Source: Alkanindiges illinoisensis DSM 15370 | GTDB lineage: Bacteria; Pseudomonadota; Gammaproteobacteria; Pseudomonadales; Moraxellaceae | NCBI RefSeq assembly: GCF_000619845.1 | Contig: NZ_JHUX01000003.1 | Location: 1,360,064 to 1,392,063 of the forward strand | DNA: 32,000 nt | Direction of reading: 5' to 3' | Shown here: in pieces, positions 27,744-32,000 of the stretch | Layout of the letters: each line of letters starts with the position of its first letter | How positions within the stretch are numbered: position 1 is the stretch's first letter | The notes under the pieces: model-generated | What the model was told of the DNA's origin: nothing | Databases searched by the model: none | What the model saw: only the letters and a program-made list of their open reading frames with translations | Program-made: the position numbers and the translations under genes

Positions 27744-29180
27744 ATGAATAACCCCCAAACCCAGCCAGTTGTGTTGTATGTCGATGGTGCCTGTCGTGGC
27801 AACCCGGGCCTTGGCGGCTGGGGTGTTTATATGCAGCACTCTGACGGACAGGAACAGGAGCTGTGCGGCGGTGAGCCTGATACCACCAACAACCGCATGG
27901 AACTGACGGCGGCCATTGAAGGCATCAAGGCTTGCGCTATATCACAGCCGCTGGTGATCTGGACTGACTCCAACTATGTCAAGCAAGGCATTACCGAATG
28001 GATCATTGGCTGGAAAAAGAAAAACTGGCGCAAGGCTGATGGCAAAGCAGTGATCAATGCCGACCTCTGGCAACAATTGGATCAGGTTTGTCAAAACCGC
28101 AGCATTGAATGGCACTGGATTAAAGGCCATGCCGGTCATGCGGGCAATGAACGCGCGGACATGCTGGCCAACCGTGGCGCTGATCAGGTTAAAACCAATA
28201 CAGGTCAAACTAACTCTCCCCAGCCAGCAGCTTCTTTAGATTCTGCTGCTCCTGAAGCCGATGCACCTGCTGCGGAGCCTGACTGGCTTAGCCACGATCC
28301 ACTGGGGCTGGACATGGTATATGAACAGGAGCCAGACGAGCTTTATGCTGCTGATGAAGAATGGGTGGATGAGGTTGAACCCAAAACGGCTGTCGAGCAA
28401 CACCACAAGGAACAGCAACTGGAACAGGCCAATCCGCAAAATGGCATTCAGCGCACCCCTGCTAAAGTGAAGCTGTCCGGCAAGCGCCAGTTGATTCTGG
28501 ATACTGAAACCACTGGCTTTAGCTTTGCAGATGGCGACCGTATTATTGAAGTTGGCGTGATTGAAATGATCAACCGCAAGCTAACGGGCAGCTCATTTCA
28601 TGTCTATATTAACCCGCAGCGTCCGGTGGGTGATTCGGTCACTGTCCACGGCATCAACGATGCCTTTTTGCAGGACAAGCTGCTATTTGAACAAATTGCG
28701 CAGGAACTAAACGATTACCTGCATGGCGCGGAAATCATTGCGCATAATGCTACCTTTGACATGAACTTTCTGGAAGGTGAATTTTTAAAGGCCGGTTTGC
28801 CCTCACTAAAAAGCCGGGTGGAAGTGACCGATACACTGGCGCTAGCCAAACGCAAGCATCCGGGTCAGAAAAATTCGCTTGATGCACTGGTTCGGCGCTA
28901 TGAAATCAAACAGCGTGACCGTACTTTCCACGGTGCATTGCTGGATGCGGAAATTCTAGCTGATGTCTACCTTGCCATGACAGGTGGTCAGGTCACACTG
29001 GATATTGGGGGTGACCAGAGCAGCGCTGATGGCCTGTCCCAGCACCGTCAGTTTGCTGGCCGCTTTAATCTGCCGGTCATTGCAGCATCAAATCAAGAAT
29101 CACAAAATCATGGCCAGTGGCTGGATCAGTTTAGCGAGAAAAACGGTATGCCCGCCCTGTGGTGTACTGTATTTGAGTAA
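27744..29180 (+). CDS. dnaQ: Single-polypeptide fusion of ribonuclease HI (N-terminal) and DNA polymerase III epsilon proofreading exonuclease DnaQ (C-terminal)
   Basis: There is no stop codon between the two domains. The RNase HI part has VLYVDGACRGNPGLGGWG, NNRMELTA, IWTDSNYV and WIKGHAGHAGNERAD, i.e. the D-E-D-D catalytic set. The DnaQ part has Exo I LILDTETTG, Exo II IAHNATFDMNFL and Exo III HGALLDAEILADVYL. QVTLDI then sits at the position of the E. coli clamp-binding QTSMAF, followed by a C-terminal tail. I chose ATG 27744 (MNNPQTQPVVLYVDG) over the track's TTG at 27717. Confidence 0.92.
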   Translation: MNNPQTQPVVLYVDGACRGNPGLGGWGVYMQHSDGQEQELCGGEPDTTNNRMELTAAIEGIKACAISQPLVIWTDSNYVKQGITEWIIGWKKKNWRKADGKAVINADLWQQLDQVCQNRSIEWHWIKGHAGHAGNERADMLANRGADQVKTNTGQTNSPQPAASLDSAAPEADAPAAEPDWLSHDPLGLDMVYEQEPDELYAADEEWVDEVEPKTAVEQHHKEQQLEQANPQNGIQRTPAKVKLSGKRQLILDTETTGFSFADGDRIIEVGVIEMINRKLTGSSFHVYINPQRPVGDSVTVHGINDAFLQDKLLFEQIAQELNDYLHGAEIIAHNATFDMNFLEGEFLKAGLPSLKSRVEVTDTLALAKRKHPGQKNSLDALVRRYEIKQRDRTFHGALLDAEILADVYLAMTGGQVTLDIGGDQSSADGLSQHRQFAGRFNLPVIAASNQESQNHGQWLDQFSEKNGMPALWCTVFE

Positions 29181-29384
29181 GCCATTCAGTTGCAAACTAC
29201 TGCAAAGCTATTTTCCGCACATAAACTGTGCATTTTGCCACAAATGGTTTAAAAAACTTTGGCAAAGCATGATTTTTTACTGGCTGTCCTGCCTCAAACA
29301 CTATATGTTATAGCAGACGCTAAAAACTCCAGCAGACCCTGTTTACAGGGACCTGCCGCGAGTTTGCGCACCAGATAGCCAACG

Positions 29385-29416
29385 CCTGTACTGCCCTGTT
29401 AGCAACCCAGTACAGG
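29385..29416 (+). other. Stem-loop in the leader upstream of the FimL-like gene (9-bp perfect stem, 14-nt loop)
   Basis: cctgtactg (29385-29393) and cagtacagg (29408-29416) are exact reverse complements. The structure ends 47 nt before the ATG at 29463. No U-run follows. Confidence 0.45.
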
Positions 29417-29462
29417 TTCATACATCGACCTCAAATAAGATCTAAGGAAGGATGTTATTACT

Positions 29463-31121
29463 ATGTCCCTTGCTACCGCTCAACATTTTGATGCCATTGC
29501 ACTTCATATTGTTAAACCGGAAATAGATGCTTCATTATTACAAGTACAAAATGCCTTAAGCGCCTACATTGACGACACCAGCAATACCTTTGGCCTGACT
29601 GAGGCCAGTGAAAACATGAACCAGATTCACGGCGTCCTTAGCCTGCTGGAAATTACCGGTGCTGTTGAATTGGCTCAGGCTACCTCCAAGCTGATCAATC
29701 ACATTGTTGCCAATACCAGCAAAGTGACTGATCAACAGCTGGGTGCAGTCAGTGAAGGCCTGATGATGCTGTCCCGTTATCTGGAATTTGTGGTACTGCG
29801 TGAAAACCTGTTGCCACATTTCCTGCTGCCATCGATTAACCGCATTTATGCAGAGCTGGGTGAGCCGCTATTGCGTGAAGGTTATTTCCTGCAACCTTAT
29901 CTCAGCATTGTTCAACTACCCAAGCTCAACCTAAACCTGCAAAAGCCGGAGATTAGTCCTTCACAGGTAAACCAGCTGTTAGCGCTGTATAAAACCTCAC
30001 TCAATCGTGTGCTTAAAAAGCAGGCCAATGCGCTGGATTTTCAGGCCATTAAACTGGTTGGACATTTTACCAGCATGCTGGCAGCTGGCAGCAGCTCGGA
30101 ACTTTACTGGCATGCGGTTAATACTGCCTTTACGGATCTGCAAAGCTGCAAGCTCAATGATGTTCGTCTGCGTACCCTGATTTTAATTGAACGTAACCTG
30201 CAAAAATTTATTGGCAATACAGCGGCCTTTGTTCCTACCGAGCAGGATATTGCAGATGCCCTGACCTTAAGCGCCTGCCGTGACCATGAAGAAGCTGATG
30301 AATTGCGCCAGCAACTGGGCCTCAATGAGTATCTGATTAGTGATGCGCAGGCCGGTTTGCTCGGCCGTTATTTGCATGGCCCGGACAGTGCGACCATTCA
30401 TGTCACCACTGAACTGATGCAGCAGGAAATTACCGATATCAAAAACAAGATCGACAGCATGCAGCATGGCGACAGCATTGACAGCAGTTTTCCAGCCATT
30501 GGCGAACAACTGCACCAACTGGCCAATGCCCTGAACCTACTCAATCTGGGTGAAGCCAGTACTCTGCTTGCCTATCAGGCCAATCAGGTTGCAGCTTGGC
30601 AGGATCTGACCAACCTTGAAGATGTTAATAACCTGATGGATGCCCTGCTCTATGCAGGCAATGCCCTGACTGTGCTGGATCGCTCGTATATTGCTGGCAC
30701 CAGCAAGCTGCCTTTCCATAATCTGCATATTTCCCTGCATCAACTGGAAGAAGCCGGTGAAACCCTGATCAAGGAAAGCCGTGAAGCCCTGAATATGAGC
30801 ATGCGCGCACTCACGTCTTATCTTGAAACCAAAGACCTGTTGCATATGAATAATGTACCTGCAATGTTTGAAACCATTGCCGGTGCCTTATTATTTATGA
30901 ATGCAACAGCAGGCCGCGATATGCTCAAGCAGGCCGCTCAATATGTAGAACGTGCTTTTGCACCAGACCAAAGTACGCCTCCGGATAGCCATCACATCAA
31001 TTTGCTGGCCAATGTCATGGTGAGTGTGGATCATTATCTTGATAGTCTGGAACAGCAAAAACCGCTGGGTATCCGTCCTTTTGAGATTGGCCTGAAAAGT
31101 GTTCAGGAACTAGCTGCCTGA
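29463..31121 (+). CDS. fimL: FimL-like protein, homologous to the N-terminal (Hpt-like) region of ChpA. Probable type IV pilus / cAMP-pathway regulator.
   Basis: 552-aa all-helical ORF preceded by an AAGGAAGG Shine-Dalgarno. Its N-terminus (HFDAIALHIVKPEIDASLLQVQNALSAYIDD...NQIHGVLSLLEITGAVELAQ) follows the ChpA/FimL N-terminal pattern as I recall it, but there is no kinase or receiver domain. It lies immediately upstream of nudC, as fimL (PA1822) does in P. aeruginosa. Confidence 0.6.
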   Translation: MSLATAQHFDAIALHIVKPEIDASLLQVQNALSAYIDDTSNTFGLTEASENMNQIHGVLSLLEITGAVELAQATSKLINHIVANTSKVTDQQLGAVSEGLMMLSRYLEFVVLRENLLPHFLLPSINRIYAELGEPLLREGYFLQPYLSIVQLPKLNLNLQKPEISPSQVNQLLALYKTSLNRVLKKQANALDFQAIKLVGHFTSMLAAGSSSELYWHAVNTAFTDLQSCKLNDVRLRTLILIERNLQKFIGNTAAFVPTEQDIADALTLSACRDHEEADELRQQLGLNEYLISDAQAGLLGRYLHGPDSATIHVTTELMQQEITDIKNKIDSMQHGDSIDSSFPAIGEQLHQLANALNLLNLGEASTLLAYQANQVAAWQDLTNLEDVNNLMDALLYAGNALTVLDRSYIAGTSKLPFHNLHISLHQLEEAGETLIKESREALNMSMRALTSYLETKDLLHMNNVPAMFETIAGALLFMNATAGRDMLKQAAQYVERAFAPDQSTPPDSHHINLLANVMVSVDHYLDSLEQQKPLGIRPFEIGLKSVQELAA

Positions 31122-31170
31122 ATATAGATTTAAGCTAACCATACCAACCTCATGATATAGGGTCACTGTG

Positions 31171-32000
31171 ATGCAAAGCACCATCTTGCCGGATAATCTG
31201 ACTGCTGCTGGCCATGTGTCTGAGCAGACGGCTTCTACAGATGGGGCTACACATGGACTGCCAACCGTCATAGCCTATATCTTAAAAGATAATGCCTTGC
31301 TGGTTGATGAACAACTGGAATTGCCTCGCCTGCCTGCGCATCCAGAAGATATTGTGGTTAGTGTAGGGTCTGAGCAAAATGGCCAGCGGGTGGTAGCACG
31401 CCCTGTGAAAGAGGCTCATAAAATTCCGGCAGGCTACCAGTTTGTGCCAGTGCGTCAACTGGTTAGCCACTGGACCGTTGCACAGTTCGAGCAGACCAGC
31501 CGCGCCATGCAGCTACTGGAATGGAAGCGTAACCATCAGTTTTGCAGTCGCTGTGGTCACAAGGCCGTCGCCCATGCCAAAGAACATTGCATGACCTGTA
31601 CTGCCTGTGGTTATTCACAGTATCCCCGCATTAATCCCTGTGTCATTATTGCCATTACCAAGGGCACACAGATCTTGCTGGCTCGCTCTGCCCAACGGCA
31701 TACCAGCATGTATGGCCTGATTGCCGGTTTTGTAGAAGTGGGTGAAACCCTGGAACAGGCCGTTGCGCGGGAAACCCTGGAAGAGGTTGGAATTCGGTTA
31801 AAAAATATTCAATACATGGCGAGCCAGCCATGGCCATTTCCCAGCAACCTGATGCTGGCATTCAAGGCTGAATATGCCGATGGTGAGCTACTGCTTCAGG
31901 ATGAGGAAATTGCTGAAGCCGCTTTCTTTGATTTTAATCAGCTGCCAACCATTCCGCCCAAAGGCAGCATTGCCTACTGGATGATTGAACAAGTCACCCA
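31171..32000 (+). CDS. nudC: NADH pyrophosphatase NudC (Nudix hydrolase). The 3' end lies beyond the right edge.
   Basis: Hand translation from ATG 31171 stays open to the window end: MQSTILPDNL...NHQFCSRCGHKAVAHAKEHCMTCTACGYSQYPRINPCVIIAI (zinc ribbon C-x2-C...C-x2-C), Nudix box GFVEVGETLEQAVARETLEEVGI, and the NudC signature SQPWPFPSNLM. It is absent from the ORF track because no stop codon falls within the window. Confidence 0.9.
   Translation, partial: MQSTILPDNLTAAGHVSEQTASTDGATHGLPTVIAYILKDNALLVDEQLELPRLPAHPEDIVVSVGSEQNGQRVVARPVKEAHKIPAGYQFVPVRQLVSHWTVAQFEQTSRAMQLLEWKRNHQFCSRCGHKAVAHAKEHCMTCTACGYSQYPRINPCVIIAITKGTQILLARSAQRHTSMYGLIAGFVEVGETLEQAVARETLEEVGIRLKNIQYMASQPWPFPSNLMLAFKAEYADGELLLQDEEIAEAAFFDFNQLPTIPPKGSIAYWMIEQVT

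Noticed and set aside
29234-29277. Inverted repeat tttgcca-N19-tggcaaa followed by a T6 run. I considered it as the rnhA-dnaQ terminator or as a sigma-54 (TGGCA...TTGC) promoter.
   Set aside because: The stem is AU-rich with a 19-nt loop and the T-run is displaced by 5 nt, so it would be a poor intrinsic terminator. The GG/GC spacing does not fit the -24/-12 sigma-54 consensus.
28984-29313. 109-aa plus-strand ORF spanning the dnaQ 3' end and the downstream intergenic region
   Set aside because: It is out of frame with the conserved epsilon C-terminus for most of its length, and its Cys/Leu-rich product has no features. It is likely spurious.
1-32000. Search by eye for CRISPR arrays, tRNA or rRNA genes, IS elements or terminal inverted repeats, integrase/att sites, and toxin-antitoxin or known defence-system gene pairs
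   Set aside because: I found no regularly spaced direct repeats, no cloverleaf-like or rRNA-like segments in the intergenic regions, and no transposase, integrase or nuclease/ATPase/methylase-type ORFs. Every ORF over 150 aa is accounted for by the annotated genes.

Overview
This looks like a chromosomal, mostly core-genome window from a gammaproteobacterium. The architecture (fused nuoCD, one ORF encoding RNase HI plus DnaQ, macAB with a lipoprotein outer-membrane factor, a very large multi-LysM MltD, a fimL-nudC pair) suggests Moraxellaceae or an Acinetobacter-like organism. I cannot confirm that without a database search. Layout: (1) minus strand, 1-9076: the 5' part of the nuo operon, nuoA-B-CD-E-F-G-H plus the start of nuoI, which runs off the left edge. 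(2) 9077-9619: a 543-bp very AT-rich divergent control region. (3) plus strand, 9620-14501: macA-macB and a NodT/OprM-type lipoprotein OMF. (4) minus strand, 14645-27387: dps, an orphan 4-TM protein, fabI, two small secreted proteins that look like paralogs, yejFEBA (peptide-type ABC importer), and a 1121-aa MltD-like lytic transglycosylase with 7 LysM repeats. (5) plus strand, 27744-32000: the rnhA-dnaQ fusion, a FimL/ChpA-N-terminal-like protein, and nudC. nudC is missing from the supplied ORF track because it runs off the right edge, so I translated it by hand. I saw no rRNA, tRNA, CRISPR array, transposase, integrase, phage gene or recognisable defence gene. I do not see a convincing multi-gene novel system. 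The best candidates for undescribed biology are: the tandem FG-GAP-motif secreted pair and the 4-TM orphan, both in AT-richer DNA flanking fabI inside an otherwise conserved block; a 10-codon uORF (MQSVFIVVFI) just upstream of macA; the long acidic linker in the RNase HI-epsilon fusion; and the 3-module LysM super-repeat in MltD. All functional readings of these are inference.
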